Source: a virus (lineage: Duplodnaviria > Caudoviricetes). Taken from it: DNA of 33,772 nucleotides. The stretch is from positions 1 to 33,772 of IMG/VR virus record IMGVR_UViG_3300017716_002486; one strand, written 5' to 3'. The translations under genes were made by a program, and so were the position numbers. Positions 1 to 7,657 of this stretch are shown piece after piece; position 1 is the first letter of the stretch, and every line of letters begins with the position of its first letter. Under the pieces are notes generated by a model that searched no databases, was not told where the DNA came from, and saw only the letters and a list, made by a program, of their open reading frames with translations.

Positions 1-1
1 A

Positions 2-1588
2 TATAATGAAAATATTGCATTAAAATACAGACAAGCTGGCGTATCTACAGTTACCGCAGCATGGTCATCTAAAAAACTTGTTTTTGCATCTAAAAACAAA
101 CCTGAGAAAATTCTAATTATTGCGAACAAATTAGATACTGCAGTAGAATTCGCAAATAAAGTAAGAGGATTTACAGAACAATGGCCTTCTTGGGTTGGAG
201 TAGGATTCTCGTCTGAGAAAAACGCCCAAAGACACTTTAAATTAACAAATGGTTGTGAGGTTAAGGCGGTTGCAACATCTACCGACGCTTTACGTGGTTA
301 CACTCCTACAATATTAATATTTGACGAGGCAGCATACATTGAAGCTAACGGTGATTTTTGGGCGGCTTGTATGGCCTCCTTATCTACGGGTGGTAAAGTA
401 ATTGTTATTTCAACCCCTAATGGGTACGATGCTATCTATTACGAAATTTATGACCAAGCTTTGAAGAATATGAATGATTTCAAAATTTCAGAAATGGTTT
501 GGTGGAAAGACCCAAGGTATAATAAAGATTTACAGTTATTAAATGTTAAAGATTTAATCCATTATTATTTAAATCGTAATGAATATTCATCAGGAGTTGA
601 AACCGTTGATTATACTGATAGGGAAAAAGAATATGATAAAATTAAAGATTTAATTTCACAAGGATATAAACCAACCTCCTCTTGGTATGAGAAAATGGTA
701 AAGAAATTAAAATACGACAAACGTAAAATTAATCAGGAATTGGAATGTGCCTTTTTAGGTTCAGGTGATAACGTATTTGATTCAAATATTACTGAAAACA
801 TTAGAGTTAATATGGTTAAAAATCCTGAAACAAAAATGATTGGTGGTTCATTGTGGATTTGGAAAGAACCGGAAGTTGGTCATAAATACATTATGGGAAT
901 TGACGTATCAAGAGGTGATAGTGAAGACTTTTCAACGTTCCAAGTTATTGATTTTGATACAAGAGAACAAGTTGCTGAATATATTGGTAAAATTCCACCT
1001 GATGTATTGGCAGAATTAGCTTATAAATGGGCTATGATGTATTCAACATTTATTGTTGTGGATATCACGGGTGGTATGGGAGTTACTACATCTCGTAAAT
1101 TACAAGAATTAGGTTATAGAGATTTATATGTTGAAGGTGGTGATTTAACTAACAAATGGAAGTGGGACCCAAAGTCTTTAGATAGAATTCCCGGACTTAA
1201 CTTTAACAATAAAAGGGTTCAAATTATTGCAACCTTTGAAGAATACTTAAGACACGGTTTTATTATTAGGTCAAGTAGATTATTAAACGAAATGAATACT
1301 TTTGTTTACGTTAACGGAAGACCTGACCACCAAAAAGGACAACACGATGACTTAATTATGTCATTGGCAATGGCCATATATGTTGGTGAAACATCATTTG
1401 CGTCTTTGACAAGAGTTTCAGAACAGGCCAAAGTAATGATTGAATCTTGGCAAGTTAATAGTAACCAACCTGTATTGAGGTCACAATTTATAGACCCAAT
1501 GACTGACAATAGAAGTCAAAAAAAGGTTAATGAACCAACAAAAACTGATTATCAAAACTATTCTTGGTTATTTGGAGGAATGAGATAA
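2..1588 (+). CDS. terL: Terminase large subunit (T4 gp17-like), 5'-truncated by window edge
   Basis: The frame of the 371..1588 ORF is open back to position 2 (YNENIALKYRQAGVST...). It has a Walker A-like KYRQAGVST, Walker B ILIFDEAA, coupling motif ISTPNG, nuclease motifs YIMGIDVSRG and HDDLIMSLA, and lies upstream of the portal. Confidence 0.95.
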   Translation, partial: YNENIALKYRQAGVSTVTAAWSSKKLVFASKNKPEKILIIANKLDTAVEFANKVRGFTEQWPSWVGVGFSSEKNAQRHFKLTNGCEVKAVATSTDALRGYTPTILIFDEAAYIEANGDFWAACMASLSTGGKVIVISTPNGYDAIYYEIYDQALKNMNDFKISEMVWWKDPRYNKDLQLLNVKDLIHYYLNRNEYSSGVETVDYTDREKEYDKIKDLISQGYKPTSSWYEKMVKKLKYDKRKINQELECAFLGSGDNVFDSNITENIRVNMVKNPETKMIGGSLWIWKEPEVGHKYIMGIDVSRGDSEDFSTFQVIDFDTREQVAEYIGKIPPDVLAELAYKWAMMYSTFIVVDITGGMGVTTSRKLQELGYRDLYVEGGDLTNKWKWDPKSLDRIPGLNFNNKRVQIIATFEEYLRHGFIIRSSRLLNEMNTFVYVNGRPDHQKGQHDDLIMSLAMAIYVGETSFASLTRVSEQAKVMIESWQVNSNQPVLRSQFIDPMTDNRSQKKVNEPTKTDYQNYSWLFGGMR

Positions 1589-1596
1589 TTATTAAT

Positions 1597-1752
1597 ATGG
1601 GATTAGATAGTTTACCTAATAGCGGAAATAGATTTACAGGGTCAAGAATGATTGTTCCTGGTTTGGGATTGTCCACATATAAAGTACAAAAAAATGATAA
1701 AATTGTAATTAAACCTTTAATTACACCTAGTACTGGCTCTACCTCAAATTAA
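1597..1752 (+). CDS. Small hypothetical protein (51 aa, MGLDSLPNSGNRF...)
   Basis: Fills the terminase-portal gap. ATG at 1597 after an A/T-rich leader is more plausible than the overlapping start at 1564. Confidence 0.5.
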   Translation: MGLDSLPNSGNRFTGSRMIVPGLGLSTYKVQKNDKIVIKPLITPSTGSTSN

Positions 1753-1789
1753 TTTATTCTCAAATTAACATTTAATATTCCTACTTAAG

Positions 1790-1796
1790 TATTTAT
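1790..1796 (+). promoter_or_regulatory. TATTTAT motif upstream of portal (candidate late promoter)
   Basis: 8 nt before the portal ATG; the same heptamer recurs before about 10 gene starts. Confidence 0.6.
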
Positions 1797-1804
1797 ATTT
1801 TAGT

Positions 1805-3613
1805 ATGGCAGAACAAAATTTTACAGTTTGGCAAAGATTAACACAGGCCTTTGGTCCAAACTCTCTTTTAAATCAAGACTACCCAAGTGTAAAGTTTGAT
1901 AAACAAGAGTTATTAAAGACAACCTCAAAACGAGAATACGAACAAAAATTATTACAATCTCAACAGACATTTTATTTGTCTAACCAATGGGCGAAGATTG
2001 AAAATAATTTATACACTCAAGCAATTTATTATGAACCAACAAGACTTTCAGCGTTTTACGACTATGAGTCTATGGAATTCACTCCTGAAATTTCGGCAGC
2101 GTTAGACATATATGCCGAAGAATCAACAACAATTGACCAAAATGGTCATATGTTACAAATTTATTCTGAATCACATAGAATTAAATCAATCGTTGCTGAT
2201 TTGTTTAACAATGTATTAGACCTTAACACTAACTTACCTATGTGGGTAAGGAATACTTGTAAGTATGGTGATAATTTTGTTTATTTAAAATTGGACCCTG
2301 AAAAAGGTGTTATTGGATGTATGCAATTACCAGTTGTTGAAATTGAACGATTGGAGAGAGGTATGATGACTAAAAATACTTCAGCCGATACTGACCCAAC
2401 CAAGAAACATATGAAATTCACTTGGAAACACAAGGATATGGAATTCAATACTTGGGAGGTTGCTCACTTTAGATTATTAGGTGACGACAGGAGATTACCT
2501 TATGGTACATCTATGTTGGAAAAAGCTCGTCGTATTTGGAAGCAATTATTATTATCAGAAGATGCGATGTTAATCTACAGAACCTCAAGAGCACCTGAAA
2601 GACGTGTGTTTAAAGTGTTTGTGGGTAATATGGACGATAAAGATGTTGAAGCGTATGTCCAAAGAGTTGCCAATAAATTTAAAAGAGACCAAGTTGTTGA
2701 CCATAAAACAGGTAACGTTGATATGAGATTTAATCAAATGGCTGTTGACCAAGATTATTTCATTCCTGTACGTGACCCGGCTCAAGCATCACCAATTGAA
2801 ACTTTACCAGGAGCTCAAAATTTATCAGAAATTGCGGATATTGAATATATCCAAAAGAAATTATTGACCGCATTACGTGTACCTAAAGCTTTCTTGGGAT
2901 TTGAAGAAGTTGTTGGTGACGGTAAAAACTTAGCATTACAAGATATTCGTTTTGCAAGAACTATTAACAGAATTCAAAAGAGTATGTTGCAAGAACTTAA
3001 TAAGATTGCAATTATTCACTTGTTTATGTTAGGGTTTGAAGATGAATTATCAAACTTTAGATTATCTTTAACTAACCCATCAAAACAAGCTGACTTGTTG
3101 ATGGTTGATATTTGGAAAGAAAAAATCCTTTTATATAAAGATATGGTTATTGACCCAGGAACAGGTATTTCTGCGGTTTCACAATCGTGGGCTAAGAAAC
3201 ACATATTAGGATTCTCTGATGAAGAAATTAAATTAGATATCCAACAACAAAGAATTGAAAGAGCGGTTGGTGAGGAACTCAAGAAAACCGCTGAGGTTAT
3301 CGTTAAGACAGGTTTATTTGACACTTTGGATAAGTTATATGGTAAGAAGGAAGGAGAACCTGCAGGAACACCTTCTGAAGGTGGAGAGACACCTCCTGAT
3401 TTGGGAGGAATTGGAGGAGCGCCAGGAGGTTCAACACCACCACCTCCACCTGAAGCCGGAGCTCCGTCACCTGTACCTGAAAATTTAAATAGAGATAAGA
3501 AAAACCTTATATTAGAAAGTACTCTTAAGGATGATTATGATTTTGTAGATTTTAATAAAAATAAGGACTCTATGAAAGAAATTAACGAGACTTTGGAAAA
3601 ACTATTAAAATAA
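1805..3613 (+). CDS. Portal protein (T4 gp20-like)
   Basis: Motifs PEISAALDIYAEE, EDAMLIYRTSRAPERRVF, DYFIPVR, IETLPGAQNL, DIEYIQKKLLTALRVPK; located between terminase and protease. Confidence 0.96.
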   Translation: MAEQNFTVWQRLTQAFGPNSLLNQDYPSVKFDKQELLKTTSKREYEQKLLQSQQTFYLSNQWAKIENNLYTQAIYYEPTRLSAFYDYESMEFTPEISAALDIYAEESTTIDQNGHMLQIYSESHRIKSIVADLFNNVLDLNTNLPMWVRNTCKYGDNFVYLKLDPEKGVIGCMQLPVVEIERLERGMMTKNTSADTDPTKKHMKFTWKHKDMEFNTWEVAHFRLLGDDRRLPYGTSMLEKARRIWKQLLLSEDAMLIYRTSRAPERRVFKVFVGNMDDKDVEAYVQRVANKFKRDQVVDHKTGNVDMRFNQMAVDQDYFIPVRDPAQASPIETLPGAQNLSEIADIEYIQKKLLTALRVPKAFLGFEEVVGDGKNLALQDIRFARTINRIQKSMLQELNKIAIIHLFMLGFEDELSNFRLSLTNPSKQADLLMVDIWKEKILLYKDMVIDPGTGISAVSQSWAKKHILGFSDEEIKLDIQQQRIERAVGEELKKTAEVIVKTGLFDTLDKLYGKKEGEPAGTPSEGGETPPDLGGIGGAPGGSTPPPPPEAGAPSPVPENLNRDKKNLILESTLKDDYDFVDFNKNKDSMKEINETLEKLLK

Positions 3614-3616
3614 GAA

Positions 3617-3623
3617 TATTTAT
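3617..3623 (+). promoter_or_regulatory. TATTTAT motif (candidate late promoter)
   Basis: 4 nt before ATG 3628. Confidence 0.55.
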
Positions 3624-3627
3624 TATT

Positions 3628-4347
3628 ATGAAATTCGGATACCTTAAAACAGCAATAGAAAAAAAATTAGTTAATTCATTTGTAAATGAATCATTAACTA
3701 ACGATTTAAAAACATTTAAACAATTAGTTTTAAAATCAACTCCCACTAAAAAATTATTTTTCATTTATGATAAATTAAATGAAAATTTGGGAATGGACAA
3801 AGAAAGTGCGTCTTTATTAGTTGATGAGATTATTAAAGAATCTAAAGGTATTACTATTCCTGAAAAACATTTCTTGAAATTAGCTAAATGGGTTAATAAC
3901 GACTTAAAAGTTAGTGAGTATCATAATATTGACCAAATCTTAAATACTAATCTTCAGAATATTGAAGAAACAGTTGAAAGTAAAAAATTGGTAATTGAAA
4001 ATTTAACAAAAACAAAAAAAATTGTTAAAGAAGGTATTTCTAAATTACCTTTATCTTCAGTTAGTAAAATTATGAACTCAACTGCAAATCAATATTTGAA
4101 TAAACTTGATGAATCAACAAAAAAAGAAGTATTGTCAATTTTCAAACAAGATGAGACAGTTTTAATTGAAAATTTTAAAACTGAAAAGAAAGAAGTTTTG
4201 AAAAAATTAGACGAGATGATAAATTCAAGTTCGGAAGACGAATTGAAGACAAGATTAAATGAAACAAAAGAAAGAATTAAATCAACTCAATTTAATTTTA
4301 ACGAATTTGTTAAAATTAAAGAATTAAACAAACAATTAGTCCTCTGA
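3628..4347 (+). CDS. Hypothetical helical protein, possible prohead core component
   Basis: 239-aa Lys/Glu-rich ORF directly after the portal, with several [ILV]-x-E sites (FVNES, IIKES, IVKEG, LDES). Confidence 0.7.
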   Translation: MKFGYLKTAIEKKLVNSFVNESLTNDLKTFKQLVLKSTPTKKLFFIYDKLNENLGMDKESASLLVDEIIKESKGITIPEKHFLKLAKWVNNDLKVSEYHNIDQILNTNLQNIEETVESKKLVIENLTKTKKIVKEGISKLPLSSVSKIMNSTANQYLNKLDESTKKEVLSIFKQDETVLIENFKTEKKEVLKKLDEMINSSSEDELKTRLNETKERIKSTQFNFNEFVKIKELNKQLVL

Positions 4348-4518
4348 TTTACTCTGTAGGTAAATTGCCTTTCTTTTCTGTTCTCTCTTAATATCACTTT
4401 TTTTAACAAAAGTTTTACGTTTGGTTAGTTCTTTAACCTGTTTAACTTTTATCACTTTGTTTTTAAGCTCCTTTAAAGCTTTCTCAATGTTTTGGTTGTG
4501 TACTTTTACAATTAACAT
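4336..4518 (-). CDS. rpsU: Phage-encoded 30S ribosomal protein bS21 (Bacteroidota type)
   Basis: MLIVKVHNQNIEKALKELKNKVIKVKQVKELTKRKTFVKKSDIKREQKRKAIYLQ fits the bS21 pattern (NIxxALK...K...L..R..F.K.S..R....KAxY). ATG at 4518 is preferred over TTG at 4539. Confidence 0.88.
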   Translation of the reverse strand: MLIVKVHNQNIEKALKELKNKVIKVKQVKELTKRKTFVKKSDIKREQKRKAIYLQSKSED

Positions 4519-4532
4519 ACTAATTCTTATTT

Positions 4533-4563
4533 TTGACAAATTAATTATTTTTCATTATATTTT
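4533..4563 (+). promoter_or_regulatory. Housekeeping-type promoter TTGACA-N17-TATATT(TT)
   Basis: TTGACA 4533-4538, 17-bp spacer, TATATT 4556-4561. It also reads as TTG-N20-TATATTTT, one mismatch from Bacteroidota TAnnTTTG. Upstream of ORF 4595. Confidence 0.55.
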
Positions 4564-4594
4564 CCTAAAATAAACGTGAGAATTATGAACACAA

Positions 4595-5053
4595 ATGAAG
4601 AAAGGAAAATCCGTATCACTCAAAGGGTACAAAAAATTCAAGGTTAATTATGGAACAGTAGATTCTAAAAATTTAAAATCTTTTTATATAAATATACAAT
4701 CTTGGCTTAACCCTAAAAGAAATGAGGAAAATTGGGAAAGAGTGGTAATGAATTTTAATAGGTCAATCAGACATACTATCTATGAAATATTAAAATATGA
4801 TTTCATTGAAACAAATTTTATTGTTGACACTGATTTAAGAAGTAGTGGACTATCTTGTAATAAGTCGTCATTTATGAATTTAGAAATAACATTCTTTCTG
4901 AAAAATGTTTCAGAATTTAAATCACCTAAAATAAAAGAATTTGTCAAAGAGTCGATAGATTTGATTGACAGTGAAAATTTTAAAAGTAATAAGTATTTCA
5001 CTTTTGCATTAACTAAAACAGATAAAACAAAAGTAATTAATATTTATGAATAA
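4595..5053 (+). CDS. Hypothetical protein
   Basis: 152-aa ORF between bS21 and the prohead protease; no family recognised. Confidence 0.75.
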   Translation: MKKGKSVSLKGYKKFKVNYGTVDSKNLKSFYINIQSWLNPKRNEENWERVVMNFNRSIRHTIYEILKYDFIETNFIVDTDLRSSGLSCNKSSFMNLEITFFLKNVSEFKSPKIKEFVKESIDLIDSENFKSNKYFTFALTKTDKTKVINIYE

Positions 5054-5061
5054 AACGTAAA

Positions 5062-5781
5062 ATGCAAAACTTTAAAATTTTAGGTCCAAATGATAGTGGT
5101 AAAGGTATTCTGATTGAAATGGACGCTGGATATGTTTCTCCAACTGAGAGTCATAATCTAACAATGATACAGGAAAGTAAAACTCAATTGGATTATTCAA
5201 AACCGTTTGAGTTTTATGCCGTATTACAAAAATACAATACTCCAAATAGAAATGGTAGAGTTTACCCTGAAAGAATCCTAAAAAGAGAGGTTGAGAACTA
5301 TAAAAAAAATTATATAGATAAGGGTGTCGCTTTATCTGAATTAAATCACCCTGAGTCATCTCTGATTGATTTAGACCGTGTATCTCATATTATCACAGAG
5401 ATGTGGTGGGATGGACATATATTACTTGGTAAATTGAAACTTCTTACTTCACCTGGTTTCCACGAAAGAGGAATTGTTTCAACTAAAGGTGACCAAGCAG
5501 CTAACTTATTAAGACAAGGGGTTACTTTAGGTATATCCTCAAGAGGTGTCGGTTCATTAACAAAAAAAGGAGAACAAAATGAAGTTCAAGATGATTTTGA
5601 GTTAATTTGTTTTGACTTGGTATCTTCACCATCTACGCCAGGAGCATACTTATTCCAAGATATTAACGACAGAGCAAAGTACGAAGAAAACTTAAAAGAA
5701 GAACAAGAACAAAAATCTGAACAATCTGCATCTAAATCGCTTGATTTAATGAAAAAACTTAACGATTATTTATCAAAATAA
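5062..5781 (+). CDS. Prohead core protease (T4 gp21-like)
   Basis: Motifs NRNGRVYP, ELNHP, LDRVSH, GISSRGVGS, FDLVSSPSTPGA; TATTTAT at 5041-5047. Confidence 0.96.
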   Translation: MQNFKILGPNDSGKGILIEMDAGYVSPTESHNLTMIQESKTQLDYSKPFEFYAVLQKYNTPNRNGRVYPERILKREVENYKKNYIDKGVALSELNHPESSLIDLDRVSHIITEMWWDGHILLGKLKLLTSPGFHERGIVSTKGDQAANLLRQGVTLGISSRGVGSLTKKGEQNEVQDDFELICFDLVSSPSTPGAYLFQDINDRAKYEENLKEEQEQKSEQSASKSLDLMKKLNDYLSK

Positions 5782-5787
5782 TTTATT

Positions 5788-6003
5788 ATGGAAATGGATG
5801 AAAAGTATTTCGTAGCAAAAGTTCAGTATGATTTACCTGATGAAAATTCGGGCAAAATTAAAAAAGTAAGAGAAGAAAAACTCGTTAAGGGTTACAATGT
5901 AACAGATGTTGAGGCAAAAGTTACAAAAGCTTATGAATCTTTCTCTTATGATTGGAGAATCACATCAGTAGCTGAAAGTAAGATTGATGAGATTTTTGAA
6001 TAA
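5788..6003 (+). CDS. DUF4494-like small protein
   Basis: YFVAKVQY...GKIKKVREEKLV...TDVEAKV...ITSVAESKIDEIF resembles the Bacteroidota DUF4494 repeat unit (from memory). Confidence 0.6.
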   Translation: MEMDEKYFVAKVQYDLPDENSGKIKKVREEKLVKGYNVTDVEAKVTKAYESFSYDWRITSVAESKIDEIFE

Positions 6004-6026
6004 AAATTGATTTTTGTGAAAGTATT

Positions 6027-6052
6027 AAAGGAGGGTATATCCCTCCTTTTTT
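6027..6052 (+). terminator. Rho-independent terminator
   Basis: AAAGGAGGG-TATAT-CCCTCCTTT followed by a T run, 24 nt after the stop at 6003. Confidence 0.85.
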
Positions 6053-6094
6053 ATTTTATTTAATTTAAAATCTAACTTTTTTTAATCACATATA

Positions 6095-6101
6095 TATTTA
6101 T
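6095..6101 (+). promoter_or_regulatory. TATTTAT motif re-initiating the scaffold-MCP unit
   Basis: Located between the terminator (6027-6052) and the scaffold start, where a new promoter would be needed. Confidence 0.65.
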
Positions 6102-6119
6102 TAAGAAATGCATAAAAAA

Positions 6120-7622
6120 ATGGCAGAAAAAAACCTAGTTGAAGAAGCAGTAATCCAATTGAAAAATTTGGAAGAAGCAATCAATGAGAACGCAAAAGAA
6201 ATACTTGAGTCAACAATGAAGCAAGAAATTAGCGAGCTTGTAAAAGAGTCCTTAAATGAGGCTAATGAAGACGAAATGGAATTTGATGATTCTGAAGAAG
6301 AGTCTGAAGAGGAAATTGGGTCAGAAGATGAATCTGAAGAAGAAGAGTCTGATGAAGAAGAATATGACGAGGAAGAGTCTGATGAAGACGAATCCGAAGA
6401 AGATTTTGATTTTGAAGAAAACCCTGAAGTGATGGATTTCACGGCAATGGATAACTCTCCTGAAACTCACGATTTATTAATGACAGTTTTCAAAAAAATG
6501 AAACCTGAAGATGAGGTTGAAATCACAAAAGATGGTGATTACGTAAATCTTAAAGACGGAGACGAAGAGTACTTATTATCAGTTAACGAATCTTATGATG
6601 AAGATGACAAAGATAAGGAATTAGACTCTGAACTTGAAGAAACAATTTATGAAATTGCTATGGAGGATGAAGACGACGACAATGAAGAAGAATCGTTTTT
6701 TGACAAATTTAACCAAGACGATTTAGAAGATGCCGGTGATGAATTAGAAGAAACCATTTATGAAATCCATATGGATAGAGAAGATGAAGAATCTGATGAC
6801 GACGATGAAGAACTTCCAAGAGCACCTAAAGAAGACAGACCTGGTGGAATGTTCTTTGAAGATGATATGGACAAACTTATGTACGATGAAATGGAAGAGG
6901 AAATGCAATACCAATCAGAGGAACATATGTATGAATCTAAAAAAGGTATGAAGCCTGTTGTCGGAAAATCTGGTAAAATCGGAAGTCCTAAATTCTCTTA
7001 TAAAAAATCTGCAGGTGGTTTTAAAGAAAATATGAAAGCCGCTAATCCTACAAAAGGTACAGGTAAACCAAAATTTGAATATAAAGAATCTACTCCAAAA
7101 ATGAAGAAAGGTGAGTTTAAAGAAGCTGCTAGAACATTAGGAAATGGTTCTAATTTCAGAAAAGGTGGTCTACCAAAACCAAAGGCACACTCAAGTGCAA
7201 ATATCAATATGAAGGAGAACTACGAATTAATGGAAGAAGTTCAAATGTTGAGAGCTAAAAACGAAGAATACAGAAAAGCATTAAACCTTTTCAGAGACAA
7301 ACTTAACGAAGTTGCAGTATTCAACTCAAACTTAGCTTACACAACAAGACTTTTCACAGAACATTCAACATCTAAACAAGAGAAAATTAACATCTTGAGA
7401 AGATTTGATAGTGCTGAAACATTAAAAGAGTCTAAAAACCTTTACAAGTCAATTAAAGATGAGCTTTCATCTTTGAATAAAGGAAGTATCAATGAGTCAT
7501 TTGAAAGAGTTATTGACCACGAACCAGTAACAGGTTCTGCACAGTCACTAATTGAATCAAAAACTTATGAGAATCCTCAATTTATGAGAATGAAAGATTT
7601 AATGACTAAAATAATTAAATAA
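6120..7622 (+). CDS. Prohead scaffold/core protein (T4 gp22-like); alternative start at 6108
   Basis: Long Asp/Glu-rich low-complexity region, C-terminal coiled coil (LNEVAVFNSNLAY), many [ILVMY]-x-E sites; immediately before the MCP. Confidence 0.8.
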   Translation: MAEKNLVEEAVIQLKNLEEAINENAKEILESTMKQEISELVKESLNEANEDEMEFDDSEEESEEEIGSEDESEEEESDEEEYDEEESDEDESEEDFDFEENPEVMDFTAMDNSPETHDLLMTVFKKMKPEDEVEITKDGDYVNLKDGDEEYLLSVNESYDEDDKDKELDSELEETIYEIAMEDEDDDNEEESFFDKFNQDDLEDAGDELEETIYEIHMDREDEESDDDDEELPRAPKEDRPGGMFFEDDMDKLMYDEMEEEMQYQSEEHMYESKKGMKPVVGKSGKIGSPKFSYKKSAGGFKENMKAANPTKGTGKPKFEYKESTPKMKKGEFKEAARTLGNGSNFRKGGLPKPKAHSSANINMKENYELMEEVQMLRAKNEEYRKALNLFRDKLNEVAVFNSNLAYTTRLFTEHSTSKQEKINILRRFDSAETLKESKNLYKSIKDELSSLNKGSINESFERVIDHEPVTGSAQSLIESKTYENPQFMRMKDLMTKIIK

Positions 7623-7657
7623 AACAATAAACTAAAAAAATAATAAAAACCAAAAAA

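Noticed and set aside
371-1588. ORF-track start of the terminase at 371
   Set aside because: The frame is open to the window edge and the Walker A/B motifs lie upstream of 371; the true start is outside the window.
6101-6442. Ser-rich antisense ORF (113 aa)
   Set aside because: It is the mirror of the GAA/GAT-rich acidic tract of the scaffold gene.
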